NCBI GenBank assembly: GCA_963845085.1
Contig: CAWJQI010000004.1
Location: 96,001-160,000 of the forward strand
Origin: Candidatus Fermentibacterota bacterium
Lineage (GTDB): Bacteria; Fermentibacterota; Fermentibacteria; Fermentibacterales; JCC-6
Direction: 5' to 3'
DNA length: 64,000 bases
Positions within the stretch are counted from its first letter, which is position 1; each line of letters starts with the position of its first letter. Below are positions 19,101-28,022 of this stretch, piece after piece. A program made the position numbers and the translations under genes. Under the pieces are notes generated by a model. The model saw only the letters and a list, made by a program, of their open reading frames with translations. It was not told where the DNA came from and ran no database searches.

Positions 19101-19516
19101 GGCTCCAGGATGGCCCGAAGCTCCGTGTCGACGAACGCCCTGATCAGGGCGCAGACTTCCCTGTAGGGTTCGATCCTGCGGTTTTCAGGAAGGCCTTCAG
19201 CAAGTGTCGGCGGGTCGGGAAAACCCTTGTGGATGTTCTTTGTGAGGGCCGGGAAGAACGGGCAGGCTTCGCGCGAGGAGTCGCAAACCGTTATGACGAG
19301 GGCGAAGTCACCCGACAACTCCCCGGTGGTCTTGCTGTGCTGCTTTGATATGTCAACGCCGGCCTCCGCCATGGCGGCGACTGCAAGGGGGTCAAGACCG
19401 GTTGCTCTCAGCCCGGCTGAGTGGAACTCATGGCCACCGTTCAGCAAATGCCTTGCCCATCCCTCGGCCATCTGGCTTCTGCAGGAGTTGGCGCCGCACA
19501 GGAATAGCACCCTCAT
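19097..19516 (-). CDS. arsC: Arsenate reductase, LMW-PTP family
   Basis: LFLCGANSCRSQMAEG, ITVC..EACP, FPDP. Confidence 0.88.
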   Translation of the reverse strand: MRVLFLCGANSCRSQMAEGWARHLLNGGHEFHSAGLRATGLDPLAVAAMAEAGVDISKQHSKTTGELSGDFALVITVCDSSREACPFFPALTKNIHKGFPDPPTLAEGLPENRRIEPYREVCALIRAFVDTELRAILEP

Positions 19517-19517
19517 G

Positions 19518-21314
19518 TCAGTCCTCCCTTTTTAGAACGGCGAGGAACGCTTTCTGGGGGATCATCACCTTGCCCACCATCTTCATCCTCTTCTTGCCCT
19601 CCTTCTGCTTGTCCAGAAGCTTTCTCTTCCTGGTGATGTCGCCGCCGTAGCACTTGGCGGTCACATCCTTCCGGAGGGCGCTGATGGTTGCCCTTGCGAT
19701 GATGGTGCCGCCGATCGCCCCCTGAATGGGGATCTTGAACTGCTGCTTCGGTATCTCTTCCTTCAGGTTCTCGCAGGCGCTCTTCGCCCAGCTTCCCGCG
19801 CGGTTCCTGTGCACCAGCATGGAAAGGGCATCGACCCTGTCGTGGTTCACGAGGATGTCGACCTTGACCAGGTCGCTCTTCCTGTATTCCCCCGGCTCGT
19901 AGTCGAAAGAGCCGTAGCCCTGCGTTATGGACTTGAGCTTGTCATAGAAATCGTAAACGACCTCAGACAGCGGCAGTTCGGCCTTGATCTCGACCCTCTG
20001 ACGCCCCACATAGAGGTTGGAGTATTTCTCGGCCCTGCGGTCGAGAAGAAGGTTGGTCACCGGTCCTATGTACTTGTCGGGCATTATTATGGATGCCTTG
20101 ATGTAGGGTTCCTCGGTGATCACGATCTGAGAGGGATCGGGGTATAGCAGCGGATTGTCTATGAAGACAGTTGAGCCGTTTGATAGAGTGATCCTGCACA
20201 GAACAGTGGGCGCAGTGAGCACAAGGCTGAGGTCGAACTCCCGTTCGAGCCGCTCCTGCACTACCTCGAGGTGGAGAAGCCCGAGGAAGCCGCACCGAAA
20301 ACCGAACCCGAGACCGGTGGAACTCACCTTCTCGAACGTCAGGCTTGCGTCGTTGAGCTTGAGCCTCTCGATGGCGGCCGCAAGGTCGTCGTAGTCCTCG
20401 CTGCTTACGGGAAAGATCGAGCTGAAGACGACCGGTTTGGCCTCCTCGTAGCCCGGAAGGGATTCCTGCGACGGGTTGCCCGTGCTCGTCACCGTGTCAC
20501 CGCTTCGAACATCGCTGACGCTCTTTATTCCGGCGATAAGGTAGCCGACCTCGCCGGCTTCGAGCTTCTTGCGAGGCTCCCTCCCTATTCGAAGGTACCC
20601 GATCTCCTCAAGCCTGTAGTCGGAGCCGGGGGCCATCAGCCTGATGTCGTCGCGGGCGGTCATGGTTCCCTGAACTATCCTGCAGTAGACGACAACACCG
20701 CGGTACGGGTCGAACACCGAGTCGAACACGCGGGCCATCAACACGCCGGAAGGATCGCCGGCGGGCGGCGGGATGCGGGCGATGATTGTCTCAAGCAGGT
20801 CTTCAACACCCTGCCCGGTCTTTGCGCTGACCATCACTGCTTCGTCGGGATCAAGCCCGAGCTCGTTCTCAAGCTCCTCGAGGGTCTCCTCGATGGAAGC
20901 CGATGGCAGGTCGATCTTGTTTATCACTGGAATTATCGTGAGGTTGTGCTCCATGGCCTTGAAAAGGTTGGCAACCGTCTGGGCCTCCACGCCCTGGGCG
21001 GCGTCGATGACAAGAAGGGCGCCTTCGCAGCACGCCATGGCACGGGAGACCTCGTAGCTGAAGTCAACATGACCGGGAGTGTCGATAAGGTTCAGGATGT
21101 AGTCTTCACCGGCGGCGCTCCTGTAGTCCATGGTTACCGCAGTGCTCTTTATGGTGATGCCGCGCTCCCTCTCGATGTCCATGGAGTCGAGCATCTGGTC
21201 GTGAAATTCCCTGTCGTTCACGGTGTGGGTCATCTGGAGCAGCCTGTCCGCGAGTGTGGACTTGCCGTGATCGATATGGGCTATGATGCAGAAGTTCCGA
21301 ATTCGTTCCCGCAC
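19518..21314 (-). CDS. lepA: Elongation factor 4
   Basis: IRNFCIIAHIDHGKSTLADR, GFRCGFLGLLH, KDVTAKCYGGDITRKRKLL. Confidence 0.98.
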   Translation of the reverse strand: MRERIRNFCIIAHIDHGKSTLADRLLQMTHTVNDREFHDQMLDSMDIERERGITIKSTAVTMDYRSAAGEDYILNLIDTPGHVDFSYEVSRAMACCEGALLVIDAAQGVEAQTVANLFKAMEHNLTIIPVINKIDLPSASIEETLEELENELGLDPDEAVMVSAKTGQGVEDLLETIIARIPPPAGDPSGVLMARVFDSVFDPYRGVVVYCRIVQGTMTARDDIRLMAPGSDYRLEEIGYLRIGREPRKKLEAGEVGYLIAGIKSVSDVRSGDTVTSTGNPSQESLPGYEEAKPVVFSSIFPVSSEDYDDLAAAIERLKLNDASLTFEKVSSTGLGFGFRCGFLGLLHLEVVQERLEREFDLSLVLTAPTVLCRITLSNGSTVFIDNPLLYPDPSQIVITEEPYIKASIIMPDKYIGPVTNLLLDRRAEKYSNLYVGRQRVEIKAELPLSEVVYDFYDKLKSITQGYGSFDYEPGEYRKSDLVKVDILVNHDRVDALSMLVHRNRAGSWAKSACENLKEEIPKQQFKIPIQGAIGGTIIARATISALRKDVTAKCYGGDITRKRKLLDKQKEGKKRMKMVGKVMIPQKAFLAVLKRED

Positions 21315-21390
21315 TGTTCCTCCCGGAGTGTCCGTGTAATATGTTCCCCCCGAACATACTCTTCAAACCGCTTGCGAAAGGGGTGAGCCT

Positions 21391-21870
21391 ATGCCGTTCT
21401 TCGGCAAGAGGAAAGAGGATTCCACCGAGAATGTCCTTCAGCTGATCAACGACTGCGAGATCGGGGAGGGAACGAAGGTCTGGAATTTTGTGAACATGTA
21501 CGGCTGCACCCTGGGCCGGAACTGCATGGTCGGCTGTTTCTGCGAGATCCAGAAAGGCGTTGTGATAGGCGACCGCACAAGGGTTCAGAGCCACAGCTTC
21601 ATTTGCGAGCTGGTGTCCATCGGAAGCGACTGCTTCGTGGGGCACGGCGTGATGTTCATAAACGATGTCTACCCGCCGCAGGCCGACCCTTCCAAGTGGA
21701 AGAAAACCGTGGTCGAGGACGGTGTCAGCATAGGATCCAACGCCACCATCCTGCCGGTCAGGATTGGGAAGGGCGCTGTGATAGGAGCCGGAGCCGTTGT
21801 CACCCGTGATGTTCCAGCCGGGGCAGTCGTGGCCGGAAACCCCGCTCGATTCCTGCGCACCAGGGACTAG
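21391..21870 (+). CDS. Hexapeptide-repeat N-acyltransferase (WbpD/WxcM-like)
   Basis: Left-handed beta-helix repeats; IGAGAVVTRDVP..VAGNPAR. Confidence 0.88.
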   Translation: MPFFGKRKEDSTENVLQLINDCEIGEGTKVWNFVNMYGCTLGRNCMVGCFCEIQKGVVIGDRTRVQSHSFICELVSIGSDCFVGHGVMFINDVYPPQADPSKWKKTVVEDGVSIGSNATILPVRIGKGAVIGAGAVVTRDVPAGAVVAGNPARFLRTRD

Positions 21871-23825
21871 GGACCAAGAACCGTAACCCTGGCCCTCCCG
21901 ATGTAACCGCCCCTGCGGGCAACGGCCGTGTAGAGGCCGGCAGGCATCCCCGAACAATCCCAGCTGACCTGGCCTGAACTCTGGACCGCGGTGCTGTATA
22001 CAAGCCTGCCCGCGATGTCGAAGATGTTGAGAGCGACCGGTCCGGCGGGGAAGTCCACGTTGAAGTACGCAGTGCCGCCGGTGGTGGGGTTTGCCCCGGC
22101 AAGGGAAACCCTAAGTGGGACCGGTGGCGGCGGTGGCGGCGGCGAAGTGACCATGAGCACCTCGAGTGCCGGGTCCATGAAAGCGGTGAATACAAGCAGC
22201 GACTGGAAAGTCCTGTCGTAGCCGCCGGACGTCAGGGGGACCTGGATGTCGCGGGCGGTGGTGAATGCCTCGCCCAGCGTGGCCGTGTGCTGCTCGAAAA
22301 CAAGCCGGACCATGTCGGTGCACATGTCCTCGCTGGGACCGAGCTCGGGCCAGAAACCCTCCCACCCCCAGCTGGTGTTCATGGCAACTGCAACTGCGCC
22401 GCCGTCTTCATGATGCAGGAGCATCTTGGCAAGGCATGTTCCGGGATCGGTGAAGTCGCCGGGATGGCAGGCGATGCTGGTGTGAATCCCGGCGCGATAG
22501 CCGTTGTCGAACCTGTCCTGGTCCGCCACCTTAACCTGGCTTGCGAAGGTTCCCCAGTAAACCCCCCTGTCGTTCCCGTGGCCGGCGTGGTTGTTCCACC
22601 CCGCTCCCGCGGCTATGGGCTCGAAAAAGGTGTCGGGGTAGTCACCCACCGTGAACTCGTATGATCGGATGACCTCCCAGTCATCTGGGAAGTACCCTGC
22701 CATCTCCTCGCAGCCCTTGGCTCCGGTGTATCCGATGTCCGGAAACAGCATGCCCCCGTTGAGGACCGCAGTGGAAGACCAGTCTCCCGGGGGCGGGTCG
22801 GTCATGTAGGCCACAGTCTTGTCAACGAATGCCTGTGCACCGCTGTAACTTGAAAAAAGAGCCCTGCCGAGGATGACCTCGGGGTACAGGTCAGGATCGT
22901 CCTGAGGCTGGCCCGGCACGCCGTCGCCGTCACCATCCCAATCACCGTCGAGGCATGAATAGTAAAGGTCGACGGGGGCCATTTCCGCAAGGCCTTCACA
23001 CGCCACGAGGAACTCTTCGGCGGGAACGATGGATGCATCACCGGCGAGAAGCACGTACATGGTCCCCTCGTTCTCGTAGTGCCAGCGGATGCACTCGCGC
23101 ACGCCTCCGTAACCCATCGCAACCTGGCTCATCCCCACTGCCTTCGTTGTGAGCCCCATTCCGGAGTGAAGCTCAAGCAGCGGCTGGATCAGGGGAAGGA
23201 ATGTATCGCCGGTTATTATGAGATATTGGGCGGCGCCGGGTGAGCCGACTGCAAGGGGAGGCGCGGCGGCTCCCGTCAAGGCTTCGATCCGTCTGCCGGC
23301 TGTCTCGGCCTGTAACGGGGAAAGTGAACGCCCCATGGATTCCGGTGTGTGGTCAACGGAGACCGTTACCTCGTGCGCCATCTCGAGAGAACCGCTCATC
23401 GGGTTGTACCGCCAGGGACTGACCAGGCAGCTCACCACGGTCACCCCCATCAGACTGCCTATGCTGACGGAAGCCAGTGGATTGCCCGGATAGTCGGACG
23501 ATGATGCGTAGACCTCGGGCGCCTCGCGGACAACACGCGGGCAATCCGAACCGATCGGTCTCAGGCTGGACGCGGGTTCCACGGGCGCAGGCAGGGGAAC
23601 GGGTGAGAAATCGTCCAGTTGGACAGAGACTTCCCCAGCTTCACCGCACATCGCGAAGACCACCGGAACCAGGGGAAGGAGGGGATGCCCTTGAGGGGAA
23701 GCCCTTCTTGTGTTCTCGAGCAAAACGGTGGCGTAGCCCGGTTCCGTCGAAGGAACAACGAACGGCTCGCCGAGGCTGATGGTGCGCAGCATTGCTGCAC
23801 CGCACAGGATGAAGGAAATGCCCAT
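21867..23825 (-). CDS. C25 (gingipain-family) cysteine peptidase with propeptide and sorting tail
   Basis: YLIIT, YVLLAGD, DLYYS, NHAGHG (His), SIACH (Cys); tail FDIAGRLV..GLY. Confidence 0.85.
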   Translation of the reverse strand: MGISFILCGAAMLRTISLGEPFVVPSTEPGYATVLLENTRRASPQGHPLLPLVPVVFAMCGEAGEVSVQLDDFSPVPLPAPVEPASSLRPIGSDCPRVVREAPEVYASSSDYPGNPLASVSIGSLMGVTVVSCLVSPWRYNPMSGSLEMAHEVTVSVDHTPESMGRSLSPLQAETAGRRIEALTGAAAPPLAVGSPGAAQYLIITGDTFLPLIQPLLELHSGMGLTTKAVGMSQVAMGYGGVRECIRWHYENEGTMYVLLAGDASIVPAEEFLVACEGLAEMAPVDLYYSCLDGDWDGDGDGVPGQPQDDPDLYPEVILGRALFSSYSGAQAFVDKTVAYMTDPPPGDWSSTAVLNGGMLFPDIGYTGAKGCEEMAGYFPDDWEVIRSYEFTVGDYPDTFFEPIAAGAGWNNHAGHGNDRGVYWGTFASQVKVADQDRFDNGYRAGIHTSIACHPGDFTDPGTCLAKMLLHHEDGGAVAVAMNTSWGWEGFWPELGPSEDMCTDMVRLVFEQHTATLGEAFTTARDIQVPLTSGGYDRTFQSLLVFTAFMDPALEVLMVTSPPPPPPPVPLRVSLAGANPTTGGTAYFNVDFPAGPVALNIFDIAGRLVYSTAVQSSGQVSWDCSGMPAGLYTAVARRGGYIGRARVTVLGP

Positions 23826-23946
23826 CTGATTGTCCCTTCCGGTTACAGGAATATTCCACATTCCCGCGGCTGTTCCAAGCGAGGTTGACAGGACGCCGCC
23901 CGGGAGTACTTTTCACCTTTCAGGAGTTCAACGAGGGAGGTCGTTC

Positions 23947-26493
23947 TTGAGGTCAATGGTTTTCAGGGTGGTCCCACGCCTGCCGGAAAGGCTCGAGTCG
24001 CTTCGCAGCATCGCCGGGAACGCCTGGTGGACCTGGAACCGCAATGCGGTCAGCCTCTTCCGCTCAGTTGACCAGGAACTCTGGGAGTCCTGCGGCCACA
24101 ACCCCATCCTTCTGCTGGGCAGGGCAAGCCAGTCCAGAATGAACGAGCTCGCGGAGGACACGGTTTTCATCTCACGGCTGGACGAGGTGAAGAACGAGCT
24201 CGAAACCTACATGTCCAAGGCCGGCTGGTTCAACCGGACACATGAAGGCATTCTCACCGGCAACGACGTTGTGGCATACTTCTCCGCCGAATTCGGCCTT
24301 CATGAGAGCCTGCCGATCTACTCGGGCGGTCTCGGCGTGCTCGCCGGCGACACGATCAAATCCGCGGGCGATCTGGGCATTCCCTTCGTCGGGATCACGC
24401 TGCTGTACAGGCTGGGCTATTTCAGCCAGTATCTGAACAGCGACGGCTGGCAGCAGGAACGCTACCCCGTCAACGATTACTCGAACATGCCCGTGGAGCG
24501 TGTGAGAACGGCCGACAACGAACCGGTGGTCATCTCTGTCAGAATGGCTGACCGCAGCGTTAAGGCAGCGGTCTGGCGTCTTCCCGTCGGAAGGGCATCG
24601 CTGCTGCTGCTCGATACCAACCTCCCGGAAAACCCCCCGGAAGATCGCATGATAACCGATCAGCTCTACGGCGGTGACAAGGAAATGAGGATCCGCCAGG
24701 AGATTCTGCTGGGGATCGGCGGCATAAAGGCTCTTAGGGCCGTCGGGCTCAACCCTGCGGTCAGGCATATAAACGAGGGTCATTCCGCGTTCCTGATACT
24801 GGAAATGCTGTCGGAGAGGATTGCGGGCGGTCTTCGGTTCGACGAAGCCTCCGAGGCGGTAAGAGCCGGGAACGTCTTCACAACGCACACCCCTGTACCG
24901 GCCGGCAACGAGGAGTTCGACCCCGGTCTGGTCATCCGCTACCTTCGCCCGTACATGGAAAGCATCGGGATCAGGGACAGTGATTTCCTCGAGCTTGGAA
25001 GGCACCCCGAGGGAACCACCTTCTCAATGACCGTGTTCGCCCTGAAGTTCTCAAGCGGTGCAAACGGTGTCAGCGAGCTCCACGGGAAGGTGTCGCGCAA
25101 CATCTGGATGGGTGTGTGGCCCAACCTCCCGCAGGAAGACATCCCCATCGGCCATGTGACGAACGGAGTTCACGAGGACTCCTGGGTGAGCGGCGAGATG
25201 CGCAGGCTGCTCGACCGCTACGTGGGCGACACGACCCCGCGGAACCCTCTCGGCGAGAAGTTCTGGCGCCACATCGACAGGATTCCCGATTCCGAGCTCT
25301 GGAGAGCCCATGAGCGCCTGAGGGAAAGGCTCGTTGCCTACGCCAGACAACACTGGACGAGGCAGCTCTCCAACATGGGGCTCACCCTCCCCGCATTTGC
25401 CGAAAAGCCGGTTTTGAACCCCGAGGTTCTGACGATCGGTTTCGCACGGCGTTTCGCCACCTACAAGCGGGCAGCCCTGCTGCTCCAGGATGAACCGAGG
25501 CTTCTGAAGCTTCTCACGGATCCTGAAAGACCCATACAGATCATTTTCAGCGGCAAGGCGCACCCGCACGATCAGGGGGGCAAGGACCTCATCCGGAGGA
25601 TATTCCACCTCTGCATGAAACGGGAGTTCTACGGAAGGGTTCTCTACCTCGACGACTACTCCATGAACCTCGCCCGGCTGATGGTGCAGGGCGTGGATGT
25701 ATGGCTGAACACGCCGGGCATGAACATGGAAGCAAGCGGGACAAGCGGCATGAAGGCCTGCATGAACGGCGCGCTTCACTGCAGCATACCCGACGGCTGG
25801 TGGCACGAGGGGTACAGGCGCGACGCCGGCTGGTCGATCGGAAGGGGCGAGCTCTACGACGACCCGGCACAGCAGGATGCCGTCGAGGCCAAAACACTTT
25901 TCGACCTGATCGAGAACAGCGTGATCCCGGCCTTCTACAACGCGGGTGCCGACAGGATACCCAGGGCCTGGACCGCCATGATGAAAAAAACGATGAAGGG
26001 CGTTCTCGCCCGTTTCAACACGAACAGGATGCTTGCGGAATACGTGGAGGGGTATTACCTCCCCGCCCTCTCCCGGACCCGGTCCCTCGAAGCAGACGAC
26101 TCGGCCGACTGCAGGGCTCTGGCAGCCTGGAAGAACAGCGTAAGGTCCGCATGGAAAGACATCCGGATCACCGATGTCACTGCCGATGCAGGGGCGGACA
26201 CCTTCACTGTCGGTGACTGCATCCCCCTCACGGTCACGGTATTCACAGGAGGTCTTTCACCCTCCGACCTGGCTGTCGAGGTGCAGCATGGAAACGCCGG
26301 CGGCGATGGCTACATCACGGAGAGATCGACAACCCCGCTTTCCCCATCCGGTGCGGGGGAAGCCGGAGCAGTCTTCACGGGCAATCTGCCATGCAACGAT
26401 TCGGGAAGGTTCGGCTTTACTGTGAGGGTTCTTCCCTCGCACCCCCGGTACGGACGGATCATCGAGCCTGGCCTCGTGAAGTGGTGGGAGTAG
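23947..26493 (+). CDS. glgP: Alpha-glucan phosphorylase
   Basis: AYFSAEFG, YSGGLGVLAGD, HINEGH, GFARRFATYKRA, EASGTSGMKA; TTG start after GGGAGG. Confidence 0.95.
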   Translation: MRSMVFRVVPRLPERLESLRSIAGNAWWTWNRNAVSLFRSVDQELWESCGHNPILLLGRASQSRMNELAEDTVFISRLDEVKNELETYMSKAGWFNRTHEGILTGNDVVAYFSAEFGLHESLPIYSGGLGVLAGDTIKSAGDLGIPFVGITLLYRLGYFSQYLNSDGWQQERYPVNDYSNMPVERVRTADNEPVVISVRMADRSVKAAVWRLPVGRASLLLLDTNLPENPPEDRMITDQLYGGDKEMRIRQEILLGIGGIKALRAVGLNPAVRHINEGHSAFLILEMLSERIAGGLRFDEASEAVRAGNVFTTHTPVPAGNEEFDPGLVIRYLRPYMESIGIRDSDFLELGRHPEGTTFSMTVFALKFSSGANGVSELHGKVSRNIWMGVWPNLPQEDIPIGHVTNGVHEDSWVSGEMRRLLDRYVGDTTPRNPLGEKFWRHIDRIPDSELWRAHERLRERLVAYARQHWTRQLSNMGLTLPAFAEKPVLNPEVLTIGFARRFATYKRAALLLQDEPRLLKLLTDPERPIQIIFSGKAHPHDQGGKDLIRRIFHLCMKREFYGRVLYLDDYSMNLARLMVQGVDVWLNTPGMNMEASGTSGMKACMNGALHCSIPDGWWHEGYRRDAGWSIGRGELYDDPAQQDAVEAKTLFDLIENSVIPAFYNAGADRIPRAWTAMMKKTMKGVLARFNTNRMLAEYVEGYYLPALSRTRSLEADDSADCRALAAWKNSVRSAWKDIRITDVTADAGADTFTVGDCIPLTVTVFTGGLSPSDLAVEVQHGNAGGDGYITERSTTPLSPSGAGEAGAVFTGNLPCNDSGRFGFTVRVLPSHPRYGRIIEPGLVKWWE

Positions 26494-26521
26494 GTGCGCC
26501 GGAACCGGGAGGGATGAGGTC

Positions 26522-28022
26522 TTGATCTCATTCCAGGCAAGGGCCGACGGTCTCGGACGGATTCTTCCGCATATCCTTCTCGCCGTGGCGGTGGTGCTCT
26601 GTTTCCATGGCGTTGTCGGAACCGGCTTCCTTTCCGATGATTTTTACCTTGTGCAAAGGCTGTCCGATGAGGGCTTCTTCTTCTCCTGGGGCGGCGCAGG
26701 CGGAAGCGGGTTCGTATAGGCCGGTAACCGTTCTGAGCCTTGCAGTTGACAGGGCTGTTTGGGGAGGGAACCCGGCGGGCTTTCACCTGACGAACCTGTT
26801 CCTGCACTGGATCACGTGCTGCCTTCTGATGCATGCAGCCAATCGCATATTTCACTGGTTCCATGTCAGCCGTCCCGGCCTCCTCTCCTTCAATGCCGCG
26901 CTGCTTTTCTGCGTGCTTGCCTCCCATTCAGAGCCGGTGGCATGGGTCATCGGCAGAACCGACCTTCTTGCGGGCGTCTTCAGCCTCGCGTCGCTGCATT
27001 TCTTCATGAAACACTCGGAAAGGCCTTCCCCCGCCTTCGGAATCCTGGCGCTCTCATGCTTCGCCCTGGCACTTCTTTCAAAGGAGAGCGCGATCGTCAT
27101 TCCGCTTGTGTGGGGGGCGCTGCTTTGTTTTGGCGGCAGGCGCAACGCCCCGTCACTGCGGCTGCTCATGACCGCAATGCTTCTCATGTTCATGGCCGCG
27201 GGTGCAAGGCTCCTTGCCGACGGCCACCTGATCCACTGGCTCGCCTCCCAGAACAGCGGCTTTTCCGTTCCCTCGAACATCGCGAGGTTCGTTCTCAGGG
27301 TGTTCACCGGCCCGTACCCTGCCGGGATTGCGGAGCTATTCACCTCGAACCCGATCCTCGCATCGGTCCCCATCATTGCGGCGCTGCTCGTTGTACTCCT
27401 GGCCGGCAGGGGACGCCCACTGCTCGTGTTCTGCGGGGTCAGTTTCCTTCTGTGCCTTGCAGCGGTTTCAAAATACCCCGTGGGTCTTACAGATACCCAG
27501 TCTGAAAGGCTTCTTTACCTTCCCGGGGCATTTGCGTGCATGTTCCTCGCCGGAGCGGCGGATTCCCTTCTCCGGGGACGGAAGGCCGTAACAGTGCTTC
27601 TCTTCATTGTCGCCGTCATTCAGGTTCCATTCCTGCTCGCGTCGAACAGGAACTGGGCGGCTGCCGGGAGAGCCACGGCAACGCTTGTCTCAGCTCTGTC
27701 TGCATACGACCCGGACAGCGTGGTGGTGCTGAATCTTCCCGACAACTACAGGGGGGCATACATGCTCAGGAACGGTGTGGACGATGCGGTCCGCATGGTT
27801 TCCGGAAGGCGGGGAGGTTACAGGGTCATCCTGAAGCATTCCCTGCCGTCTGAAACAGTCATCCTCGCCGATTCATCCGGCTTCCGGCTGACGTTCTCCG
27901 GCGGGGCGTGCTCTTTCGATGACCATGGGCTTGATGCGACACTCGAGGGGAACAGCGTTCACCTTGCCCCCGCCGGGGAACAGGTTCTCATCTATCACGA
28001 TGGTTCGCTTGGGCTTTACTGA
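26522..28022 (+). CDS. Polytopic membrane protein (GT-C/TMTC-like glycosyltransferase), one-base frameshift near 26714
   Basis: FLSDD, then (F)YRP, FHLTNLFLH, HSEPVAW..GR, LLSKE, ERLLYLP; an extra G splits ORFs 26522-26719 and 26607-28022. Confidence 0.75.

Noticed and set aside
20271..21386. Long plus-strand ORF (likewise 3806-4885, 31930-33291, 34771-35772, 37322-38443)
   Set aside because: Antisense shadows of well-supported genes in high-GC DNA, with no motifs
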